32,000 nt of DNA, from positions 122,192-154,191 of the forward strand of contig JAILWJ010000003.1 of NCBI GenBank assembly GCA_025699025.1. Reading direction: 5' to 3'. Below are positions 1-8,800 of this stretch, piece after piece. Origin of the DNA: Nitrosarchaeum sp. Lineage in GTDB: Archaea > Thermoproteota > Nitrososphaeria > Nitrososphaerales > Nitrosopumilaceae. Below the pieces are notes generated by a model. It did no database searches. It was not told where the DNA came from and saw only the letters and a list, made by a program, of their open reading frames with translations. The translations under genes were made by a program, and so were the position numbers. The stretch's first letter is position 1. The number at the start of each line of letters is the position of its first letter.

Positions 1-357
1 AACGCCATGAATTTTTGATTCAGATGTTATTAAAGTGTCAATGCAGGATTCTGCAAATGTTTTTGCTTGTTCAGATAGATCCAATACAGATGTAGAATCA
101 ATGATTGCTTTTTTTATATCGCTGCCTTTTCTTTCATGTACATCTTCAGAAATATCAAGAACTAGTTCGGTAGATTCTATCCCATGTTTTTTGACTTTAT
201 TGAAATCAAGGTTCAGTATTTTTGAGTTTGGAAGAAATTTTTCAATAGATCGTATCCCCTCAATAATCTTGGCTTTGTTTGCACCTAAATCCACCAATGA
301 GCAGAGAAGCATATCACCAGAAATTCCGGCAATTTGAGGATCTATCACAACAACCAT
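1..357 (-). CDS. larC: LarC-family (DUF111) nickel-insertion protein, N-terminal 119 codons; the gene runs off the left edge
   Basis: Missing from the ORF track because the window edge truncates it. Hand translation of the minus strand from ATG at 357 gives [41 protein letters not shown]...[18 protein letters not shown], open to base 1. The D-x4-GISGDM...DLG N-terminus is the LarC/DUF111 hallmark. The + strand ORF 35..337 is its shadow. Confidence 0.75.
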   Translation of the reverse strand, partial: MVVVIDPQIAGISGDMLLCSLVDLGANKAKIIEGIRSIEKFLPNSKILNLDFNKVKKHGIESTELVLDISEDVHERKGSDIKKAIIDSTSVLDLSEQAKTFAESCIDTLITSESKIHGV

Positions 358-444
358 AGTTTGAAAATCATCAAAAATGCATATAAATTCTGTCTAAGAA
401 AGAACTGCATTAGATTTAATTATTCAGAATTCAGAGCGATTCAT

Positions 445-1359
445 ATGATTACAATAATAGGTTCAGGAAAGGTTGGCGGAGATGCAGCATTGTTTTCGGC
501 ATTAAAAAAATTAGATGATCAAATATTGTTATTAGATGTGGCTGAAGGACTTCCTCAGGGAGAAGCAATGGACATCAACCATATGCTTGCAGAACAGGGA
601 ATAGATGTCGAAGTAAAGGGTTCGAACAATTTTGCAGACATGAAAGGCTCAAACATTGTAGTAGTAGTAGCAGGTTCTGGCAGAAAACCAGGAATGACTA
701 GAATGGATCTTTTGAAAATTAACGCATCAATTGTAAAAAATGTAGTAGAAAACATCAAAAAATATGCAAATGACTCCATGATAATTCCAGTAACCAATCC
801 CCTTGATCCAATGGCATACATAACTTACAAAGTTTCAGGCTTTGACAGAAGCAGAGTTTTTGGAATGGGAGGTATGCTAGATTTGTCAAGATTCAGACAA
901 TTTATTCATGAGGCTACAGGTCATTCACGTGACTCTATACGGGCCCTAGTAATTGGCGAGCATGGAGAAAATATGCTGCCACTAACAAGGTTTTCCTCAG
1001 TATCTGGAATTCCGTTGTCATCATTTCTTCCAAAAGAAAAACTAGAGGAGTTGGTTCAAAACACCAAACAAGTTGCAGCCAAAGTTATTGAGCTAAAGGG
1101 TGCAACGGTTCACGCTCCAGGAAATGCGATTTCTGCAATGATCGAGTCAGTTGTAAGAGACAGAAAACAAGTAATCCCAGTTGCAACATATTTGGACGGA
1201 GAATACGGTTACTCGGATGTAACAATAGGTGTGCCAGCAGTAATTGGAAAGAAAGGCGTTGAAAAAATCATCGAGTTGGAGCTAAATGATGAGGAAAAGA
1301 AAGTCTTTGACGCAGCAATACAAAGTGTAAAGAGTGCAATATCAGGTATTGAGATCTAA
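445..1359 (+). CDS. mdh: NAD-dependent malate dehydrogenase (LDH/MDH superfamily)
   Basis: ORF 334..1359. The Rossmann motif [12 protein letters not shown] starts at ATG 445, which I take as the true start. Family motifs present: [14 protein letters not shown] (Arg at the position that is Gln in lactate dehydrogenases, indicating malate specificity), PVTNPLD and IGEHGE. Confidence 0.9.
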   Translation: MITIIGSGKVGGDAALFSALKKLDDQILLLDVAEGLPQGEAMDINHMLAEQGIDVEVKGSNNFADMKGSNIVVVVAGSGRKPGMTRMDLLKINASIVKNVVENIKKYANDSMIIPVTNPLDPMAYITYKVSGFDRSRVFGMGGMLDLSRFRQFIHEATGHSRDSIRALVIGEHGENMLPLTRFSSVSGIPLSSFLPKEKLEELVQNTKQVAAKVIELKGATVHAPGNAISAMIESVVRDRKQVIPVATYLDGEYGYSDVTIGVPAVIGKKGVEKIIELELNDEEKKVFDAAIQSVKSAISGIEI

Positions 1360-1362
1360 GCA

Positions 1363-1369
1363 TTTTTTT
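1363..1369 (+). terminator. Oligo-T tract (T7) 4 nt after the mdh stop, a candidate archaeal terminator
   Basis: TAAGCATTTTTTTA directly follows the stop codon. Archaeal termination typically occurs at oligo-T runs. Confidence 0.3.
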
Positions 1370-1392
1370 ATTCATTCATAGTTCATAATTTG

Positions 1393-2175
1393 ATGGACAT
1401 CAATGAGATTTTAGAATCATTAGAATCAAGAAAGATATCATCTAAAGACGCAAAAAAAATGCTTTCATTATACTCAATTGAAGAGATAGACAACATTGCA
1501 AAAATAGACATAAACAGACAAAAGAGGAGAGGGATTCCAGAAGTAATTTTTGCTCAAAATAAAGAATTAACAGAGATAAAAAAAATCATCAAAAACACAA
1601 TAAATAAAACAGATTCGCTTGTAGTATCAAGAATCAACAAAAAAGATTATCAAAAAATAATATCGTTTTCTAAGAAATTAAAAATTAAAATTAAAACTGG
1701 AAAAAAATCATCAACGATATTGCTGTTCAAAAAACCAATCAAGTTCAAAGGAGGTAATGTGGGAATTATAACTGCAGGTACGTCAGATATAGGAGTAGCT
1801 GAAGAATCACGATTGATGTGTGAGGCCATGAGCTGCAAATGTATCATAAGCTATGATGTAGGAGTTGCAGGAATACAGCGGATTTTTCCAATTTTGAAAA
1901 AAATGATTGAGAGTGACGTGGATTGCATAATTGTTGCTGCAGGAATGGAGGCAGCTTTGGCAACACTGGTATCATCCCTAGTTGACATTCCAGTCATAGG
2001 ACTTCCCACATCGGTAGGATATGGTTATGGTGAAAAAGGGATCGGGGCATTGGCATCAATGCTTCAAAGCTGCGCATTAGGATTGTCAGTGGTAAACATC
2101 GACAATGGAATTGGAGCAGGGGCAATGGCTGCAAATATTGCAAATAGGACCGTACAAAAAAAGAAGACAAAATAA
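1393..2175 (+). CDS. larB: LarB (PurE-like pyridinium-3,5-biscarboxylic acid mononucleotide synthase)
   Basis: ORF 1390..2175 (TTG 1390, ATG 1393). GIPEVIFAQ...GIITAGTSDIGVAEE...YDVGVAGIQR...AAGMEAALATLV...GLPTSVGYG...VNIDNGIGAG matches the LarB / NCAIR-mutase-related family along its length. Confidence 0.85.
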   Translation: MDINEILESLESRKISSKDAKKMLSLYSIEEIDNIAKIDINRQKRRGIPEVIFAQNKELTEIKKIIKNTINKTDSLVVSRINKKDYQKIISFSKKLKIKIKTGKKSSTILLFKKPIKFKGGNVGIITAGTSDIGVAEESRLMCEAMSCKCIISYDVGVAGIQRIFPILKKMIESDVDCIIVAAGMEAALATLVSSLVDIPVIGLPTSVGYGYGEKGIGALASMLQSCALGLSVVNIDNGIGAGAMAANIANRTVQKKKTK

Positions 2176-2230
2176 AACACATTGTAAATTTAAAAATGAA
2201 TCAGATAAATCCTAAAGCCCCATCTCGTAA

Positions 2231-2240
2231 ATCATATATA
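2231..2240 (+). promoter_or_regulatory. TATA-like box (ATCATATATA) about 30 nt upstream of the radical SAM start
   Basis: The spacing fits a leaderless or short-leader archaeal promoter. Supported by sequence pattern only. Confidence 0.3.
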
Positions 2241-2266
2241 CCATAGTGAAACGAAGCTAAGTAATA

Positions 2267-3844
2267 TTGTCTGGAAAGCGTATTGTTTTAACTGCGGATC
2301 GTAGTTTGATGACAAACTATCGAGGAAATTTTCTTTATGGGTTTATTGCATGCGGACCATACGAGGTTCTTCCAGAATGGGTTTTTGACAAAGTGTTCTG
2401 TCCTGCAGTGGAAACAGATCCAATAACAGGAGAAGTAAAGGTTGCTCAGGTAGGACTAAGAAGAGTAGAAAGTGCACTACTTCAAGGATACAAGAGAGAT
2501 GAGGTGTTTGTTGCAAACCCAGAGATGTTAGAAAAGTCAATTGGTCCTGATACCAAAGTGGTAGGAATCAACGTAATGGATCCTTTGGGAATGGCACCAG
2601 TCACTACAACAATGTCGCCTGAGAAATTATCATATGTTGCAATGAAATTCAAAAAAATGTGTGCAAGCATAATTCAGCTCAAAAAGAAATATGATTTCCA
2701 CGTAGTGGTGGGAGGCAATGGGGCATGGGAGCTTGCAAAATCAGACAGAATGAAGATTCACGGTATCGATACAGTTGTTGTAGGCGAAGCTGATGAATTA
2801 GCATTGGACTTATTTCACGATTTGGAAAAAGGTGATGCTCCAGAATTAATGCATTGTTTTGTAAAGAATATTCAGAACATACCAGTAATTGAGGGCCCTA
2901 CCATCAACTCGCTAATTGAAGCCATGAGAGGCTGTGGAAGAGGTTGCGATTTTTGTGATGTTAACAAGAGATCAAAAAAAGACTTGCCACTTGAAAGGCT
3001 GCAACATGAAGCCAAAATTAACTTGGATTACGGATTTGATTCGGTATGGCTGCATTCAGATGAGATGCTTCTTTATGGATGTGACAACAGGGATTTCATT
3101 CCAAATAGAGATGCGATTACAGATCTTTGGAAGGGTCTAAAAGGACTAGGAGCCAATTTTATTGGAACCACACACATGACATTCTCAGCGGTTGCTGCAG
3201 ATCCTGAATTAATGAAACAGATTTCACACATCAACAGACAGGATGAGACAGGAAGATGGCTTGCAACCAATTTAGGAATCGAAACGGTGGCACCAAAAAT
3301 GGTAAAGAAGCATCTAGGAGTCAAGACAAGACCGTTTGCACCTGAAGAATGGGGCAGTGTGGTAAGAGAAGGTGCAAAGATTCTAAATGAAAACCACTGG
3401 TTCCCAGCAGCAACAATCATCATCGGTTGGCCAGATGAAACACCGGATGATGTACAATATACAATCGACATGATGAGTGATTTTAGACAGATGGACTTTA
3501 GAGGACTAGTAGCACCATTACTTTATCAAGACTTTAGTGAAAAGAACTCAATGCATTTTGGAAATCTGAATGAAGCTCAATTTACATTATTTTGGAAGTG
3601 TTGGGAAAATAACCTCAGAGTGATCAATGACATCATTCCAATAATTCTAAGAAACAAAACATACGGTCCACCAATGAAAGTTTTCATGTATGGAATTTTA
3701 AAGGCAGGAACATGGGCAATCATGAGATACCTTCGTGGACTGTGCAAAGATCTTTTCAACGGCAGAACACCTGATGAGATTATAGACAAATATGCAAGAA
3801 GCAGATCAGTGTCTGCACCAAAAATTCAAACAAAGAAGCTATAA
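2267..3844 (+). CDS. Radical SAM enzyme with an N-terminal B12-binding-like (flavodoxin-fold) region; function unknown
   Basis: 525-aa ORF with a TTG start. CGRGCDFC (Cys223/227/230, nt 2933-2956) is the canonical CX3CX2C radical SAM motif. Upstream, VVGINVMDPLG...HVVVGGNGAWE resembles the Rossmann-like domain of class B radical SAM proteins. Confidence 0.8.
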   Translation: MSGKRIVLTADRSLMTNYRGNFLYGFIACGPYEVLPEWVFDKVFCPAVETDPITGEVKVAQVGLRRVESALLQGYKRDEVFVANPEMLEKSIGPDTKVVGINVMDPLGMAPVTTTMSPEKLSYVAMKFKKMCASIIQLKKKYDFHVVVGGNGAWELAKSDRMKIHGIDTVVVGEADELALDLFHDLEKGDAPELMHCFVKNIQNIPVIEGPTINSLIEAMRGCGRGCDFCDVNKRSKKDLPLERLQHEAKINLDYGFDSVWLHSDEMLLYGCDNRDFIPNRDAITDLWKGLKGLGANFIGTTHMTFSAVAADPELMKQISHINRQDETGRWLATNLGIETVAPKMVKKHLGVKTRPFAPEEWGSVVREGAKILNENHWFPAATIIIGWPDETPDDVQYTIDMMSDFRQMDFRGLVAPLLYQDFSEKNSMHFGNLNEAQFTLFWKCWENNLRVINDIIPIILRNKTYGPPMKVFMYGILKAGTWAIMRYLRGLCKDLFNGRTPDEIIDKYARSRSVSAPKIQTKKL

Positions 3845-3954
3845 GATTTCAATAAAAACATACACAAATAATTTCTAACAAATCATAATCTTCGTCATGT
3901 TCTAGTAATTACCAAAAACTGCAAGAATTACGCACGAATTGAGGCATTGTATTT

Positions 3955-4278
3955 TTATAAATTTTCAATAGCTTTGTCAGCTATAGTGTTTCGTTTTGGA
4001 GTAAGAGATATGAAATAATTCTTATCAGCTCTCTCAATTGATTCTACTTTTTTGAAGGATTTTGATGGTACATCAAATTCGTAGATTCCAGATTCAAGAG
4101 TACCTTTTGCATAAATCATCAGATATGTATCGCCAGTGGATGGACTCAGTGGAATAAATGCCATTATGTATCCTTTATAGGAATTGATTGGCATTGTATT
4201 TTTCATAGGTGGTGCCGCAGATGCCATATATAGAAAAATGTCCTCGATTGTATCAAATTCCTCATATTCAATATGCAT
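3955..4278 (-). CDS. Hypothetical protein (107 aa)
   Basis: Clean ORF. A TATAAT-like element centred about 27 nt upstream of the ATG (near 4305). I recognise no family. Confidence 0.5.
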   Translation of the reverse strand: MHIEYEEFDTIEDIFLYMASAAPPMKNTMPINSYKGYIMAFIPLSPSTGDTYLMIYAKGTLESGIYEFDVPSKSFKKVESIERADKNYFISLTPKRNTIADKAIENL

Positions 4279-4352
4279 TAGAAATAGTCATTTGTTTCAG
4301 TATAATAACTTAGAGTGAATTTATAATAATTTTAAGGGTCTAACGTACAGAA

Positions 4353-4541
4353 TCATGTCTTGGGTCTTTTCTTATTTTTTATAATTTTTATGACAACTGC
4401 AGACATAAGGATTACCAGAACTGCAAAAAATGCCAGTTCCCCTATTTCAAGAGTAACTAAGTATATTGAAGAGAGGATTCCAAAGAAAATATTTTCAATC
4501 ATCATGTAAACCACTTGTAAACTTTCTAGAGATATTATCAT
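4353..4541 (-). CDS. Small 2-TM membrane protein; the true start is probably the internal Met pair at about 4505/4502
   Basis: Two hydrophobic helices (IFFGILSSIYLVTL, LAFFAVLVILMSAVVIKII) and a basic C-terminus KNKKRPKT. The first 12 codons coincide with a perfect palindrome and are probably non-coding. Confidence 0.35.
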   Translation of the reverse strand: MIISLESLQVVYMMIENIFFGILSSIYLVTLEIGELAFFAVLVILMSAVVIKIIKNKKRPKT

Positions 4542-4557
4542 TAGATAATATCTCTAG
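4526..4557. repeat. Perfect 14-bp inverted repeat with a 4-nt spacer (CTAGAGATATTATC-ATTA-GATAATATCTCTAG)
   Basis: Read directly from the sequence. It lies between the 375-aa surface-protein gene and the small membrane ORF. Confidence 0.8.
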
Positions 4558-4648
4558 GTTGTTGGCGTGCAAACCAATTACATCGTGTAACGATTGTACA
4601 GCATTAAATGTTTGGGAAATGGGGGGAATTCAATCATCAAGTAGATGA

Positions 4649-5776
4649 CTAGTTTCTTGTCTTAAAGTGTCTATGGACTTTGAATCCAATCAAAGCAGGT
4701 GCTGCAATGTACATGCCCAAGTTCAATGCGATTACAGACAGTCCCAATCCAAGTACTTGAGCCTCAGAGCCGTCCTCTGCCAACGTCATGATGGATAATG
4801 AGGATATCATTGGCGTGATAAATGCTCTTACCGCCTGTTGGAACAATGGGTTTTCTCTTTCCATATCAGCAATTGTTGGTGAGAATGAATAGTACAATTG
4901 GTTAAAGCCAGTCATGAATGCACTTCCTGAGGATGTGCTCATGACTGTATTGTCCCTGATTTCTCGCAAGAATTGCACTTGAGGTGCCAATTCAGTGCCA
5001 TATGCAGCAGTTGCAATTAGACATCCGCCGCCTGGTTTTTCATCAGTCTTAACAATTTGGCACATTCCATTTACTAATTCAGTTCCAGGGCCACAAACTG
5101 GTTCTTCTGGTTCAGGAACTATACACATTCCATTAACTAATTCTTCACCAGGTGGACATGTCAATGGTTCTTTTGGTTCTGGAACTATGCATTTTCCATT
5201 AACTAATTCTTCACCAGGTGGACATGTCAATGGTTCTTTTGGTTCTGGAACTATGCATTTTCCATTAACCAAGGTTTGACCAGATGGACATGTCAATGGC
5301 TTGGAATCGCCACCGGAAATAATATCACCAGAGCCACCAGTAAATTCAAAAGTAATTTCAGATGTCAATCCAGGAAAACTTGCAAAAATAGTATAATCAC
5401 CAGGTGCCTTGAATTGAGGGCCATCAGCCTTGAAGCTTGTTTGGAAAGAACCATCAGCAGCAGGATGTACTTGAGCTACAGTAACAATATTGTTATCTGG
5501 CGCTCGAACAATAATCGTAACATCACTAGGACTAAGATTTGCAAAATTATGAATTAAACCACTAACAACAACTACACCACCCTGACCGTAAAGAACTTGG
5601 TTGGTTTTCACGTTTAGATCATTATCCGGAGCATCAACAGCATCAACACATGCATTGCCTTGCCACACTTGGTCAGATTCACAGTCTTCTGGACTCTGAG
5701 CATGTACAGGCATAACAAATCCATAAAACATTAAAGAAATAGCTAATATCAGGAAACCCCCGTGCTTCATTTTCAT
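4649..5776 (-). CDS. Secreted, membrane-anchored protein with a signal peptide, an Ig-like region, four Cys-loop repeats, and a C(F/L)IATAAYG-type C-terminal module plus TM helix
   Basis: The N-terminus MKMKHGGFLILAISLMFYGFVMPVHA is a signal peptide. There are 4 tandem 22-aa units, PLTCPPGEELVNGKCIVPEPKE. GGGCLIATAAYGTELAPQVQFLREIRD...YYSFSP matches the conserved archaeal CFIATAAYG...LRxxRD...YYxxSP module (the one I recall being annotated as CFI-box). A hydrophobic C-terminal helix precedes HRHFKTRN. Confidence 0.75.
   Translation of the reverse strand: MKMKHGGFLILAISLMFYGFVMPVHAQSPEDCESDQVWQGNACVDAVDAPDNDLNVKTNQVLYGQGGVVVVSGLIHNFANLSPSDVTIIVRAPDNNIVTVAQVHPAADGSFQTSFKADGPQFKAPGDYTIFASFPGLTSEITFEFTGGSGDIISGGDSKPLTCPSGQTLVNGKCIVPEPKEPLTCPPGEELVNGKCIVPEPKEPLTCPPGEELVNGMCIVPEPEEPVCGPGTELVNGMCQIVKTDEKPGGGCLIATAAYGTELAPQVQFLREIRDNTVMSTSSGSAFMTGFNQLYYSFSPTIADMERENPLFQQAVRAFITPMISSLSIMTLAEDGSEAQVLGLGLSVIALNLGMYIAAPALIGFKVHRHFKTRN
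5039..5299 (-). repeat. Four tandem 66-nt (22-codon) coding repeats inside the 375-aa gene
   Basis: Units lie at 5234-5299, 5168-5233, 5102-5167 and 5039-5101 (the last is diverged). By hand alignment, units 2 and 3 differ at about five positions. Units 1 and 2 are identical over their first ~35 nt on the + strand. Confidence 0.85.
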
Positions 5777-5830
5777 TTTGAATCGGATTTGAGAGTATTT
5801 ATGTATTCAATGAAAGAAAAATTGACCTGA

Positions 5831-8800
5831 TTATACTCGAATTATACCTTTTTTGACCAAGTATTGAATTGATTTTATAAAGTCATCATCAGAAATTTGA
5901 TCGTTAGACCACCATTTTGCATTATTTTTTACCCAATCAGGAATTATTCTATTTGAAACAAGGTTTTGCTCAGAAGGTAACACAATAATCCCTTGTTCAA
6001 TTAGATGATCAATACTGTCAATAAACTCTGAATTAGAAATTGTGGATGAGGACCACCATTTTGCATTATTTTTTACCCAATCAGGAATTTCAGGATTTAA
6101 AACAGAAAAAGATACGGTTCCCAAGAACACACCATCATGTGTGAGATTGATCTTGTAAAGTCCAGGCAAGGAATTTTCATTTATTGTAAAAACGGTTTTG
6201 TATGATCCACTATTAGACAAAGAAGCGCCAAAATTTTGAGTTTTACCATCTGGCCCAGTAAGAACAATGTTCAAAGGTATGCCTCTTTTATGATTAGTTA
6301 TGCTTCCAGACAAAATTATCTCCTCAGTATTTTGTGAGGAAGGTTTTGAAACATTGGTAGTGCTTAACGTTGGCTGGGTTGTAAATGACGATGTAGATTT
6401 ATTTCGTGACATTGTAAAGATATTTGGATTTCCAGATTCATCACGCGAATCATGATATTTTGCATCGATGCTGCCTCCGGCAGTTGAAATTAATTTTGTT
6501 CCAGATTTGTCACAAATTTGTGAAGGCATTTTGAAAACGCCTGTAAAAATACCTGTGCTGGGTCCAGTTTCAATCAGAGTGAAGCCAGTAGCACCCAGAC
6601 CCCCATGTTCAACTCCGTCAATTGTGCAACGTTTGTATCTAATATCTTTGATTAAAATTTCTAGTAAAATATTTCCATCCTTTCCTACAGTATCAACATT
6701 AGAAGAATTCGGATCAGTTATAACATAATAGATATCAACTACATCACTTTTCAAATTTAGATCAGGATCATTTAGTGTGAGTGTAACAGGTTGGCCAAAT
6801 CTATAGGATGAAGAACCAGTAGAAACAACACCAGAGTGTGTAAAAATATCAGATTTTGTCGAAGTGGTAATCACAACACCCACCGCATCCAAATCAGAGT
6901 AAGAAATGGAAATTCCCTTATCATCAATTAATCGATCAGTGACTATGAATTTAATTTCATTATCTATTGTCTTGATTGTTCTAATAAAATTAGGATCTAA
7001 AATATTCAGTTGATTAGTAACAGCATATTCTAATGTGCCAACAAACTTTGAAGAATTATCACTTGTTTCCTCAAGTTCAAATCGATATATAGCATTGTTT
7101 ACAGTATCATCACCTTCAATTCCAAATGAAAAGAAATCAAAAATTATAGGTTGCATGTTAGGTTCATTTGAGATGTTTCCAGTAGAATCAAAATCTATGG
7201 TTACAAATACAGTTCCACTCTTATCCCCAATCGCCTCAACATCAGAATCATCTAACTGAAAGAATCCCTGTAAAGATGACAAGTCTCCAGAATCAACAAT
7301 TTGGATAGGAGAATTACCTAACGAACCAAAGGAAAGATTGATTGATGTATTTGAGAGATCAGTCAAGCCAAAATCATTACCAAAGGATCTGAAATCATAG
7401 TTAATCCAATTTGTCCCATCAACTCCAGATATTGAGGAGTCTATTAATGACGAGTAAAGAGCGGATGCAGAAACTCCCAAATTAAAGGAGATTTTTTCAA
7501 ATGTATTTAGTCCTACGTTAGATGTATCAATTAACAATATGTCAGAATTGGTATCAGAAATAGAAGAATCTGCATCATCTCCAGTCGTGGTGGCAGATGT
7601 TAAGAAAAATTGAAAGTTGGAGGCTTTTTCAAGGGTTACAGGTGTGCCTATTTGCAGGCTCGGAACAGTAGAGGTATCACGAAATACATCAAGATGATCT
7701 CTAGAGCCAGAGTTAATGTTTTGATCAGGATCAAATAGGATTATTGGAAATTTAATTCCAGGAGTTAGCAATGTAGAGCCAGAACCAATGGTCAGTGTTG
7801 GTTCATTAACAGATACGGATGCAGAAGAAAATCCCGTTAAAACAGAGAGGGACTTTTGATTGTATTTTATTATTCCAGTTTGTCCCCTAGGTGCGTCACT
7901 TGAAATTTTTACAACAGAATCATCATTGTCGTCTGCGCTGTCAAACAGTCCGGAATTAGGACCCTCTTCAACCAGTGTTACGATTTGTGAAAATGTAGAT
8001 ACACCATTACTGACAGATGTATTTGGTTGTTCATCATTAACGGTTAACTCCATTACGCTTCCCAAACTTAGAAATAATTTTCCATTATCTTCAAATCCCA
8101 AGGTTGAAAGAGAAGGAACCAAATTGACCAGTCCTGCACCGCCGTTTGCAGAATTGGAACCAGTACTATCAAATGCTTGGTAAAATGTCGAAGCAGAATC
8201 AATACCAAATGTCCATGAATCTTCATCGGTAGGATCTTGGTTTAGTTGAAAATCATCAATAAATACAAAGACTTCAGCATTTTGTGGATACGCATCCCTA
8301 TCAATACTCAATGAAATATTGTTACTTTCAGTATATTCAAGATCAACTCGTTGCGGGTTTCCTCCGGCATTATACTGGATTATTACATCATCAAATGAAT
8401 ATAATTGGATCAGAGGCCAGGCATCTGGATCAAGACCTATCTGTCCGGATAAAATATTTGCATTTGTATTGATGGATTTTGCTTTTCTTACAACGTTATT
8501 CAAACTGGTAGAACTAGACGGGCTTCCATCACATTCTAAAAAAGATGAATTTCCGTTGGTAAAACTACCAGGTGTCAGTCCAGAAGAATGAGGAATGGAA
8601 AATCCATCGGTTTCAGAGAGAGAAATTCCGATTACAGAAGAGGGGGTGTTTCTACTACAAAAAACACCAAAGTCCAAACCCTTGCCTGCCAATCCAACCG
8701 TAGCATCTGCTGCCTTTGCTTTATTGACATTGGCAAAATATGCATACCAATTTCCATCAGTTGCCTGAACCATACGGAGTGTTTTTCCATTGATTGTGAC

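Noticed and set aside
35-337. 100-aa + strand ORF at the left edge
   Set aside because: It lies entirely antisense to a much better-supported LarC-like reading frame (minus strand, 1-357) and has no recognisable motifs. It is a shadow ORF.
5039-5299. Tandem repeats considered as a possible CRISPR-like or satellite array
   Set aside because: The period is 66 nt with no unique spacers, and the repeats are in frame inside a signal-peptide protein, encoding 22-aa Cys-loop units. No CRISPR array exists anywhere in the window.
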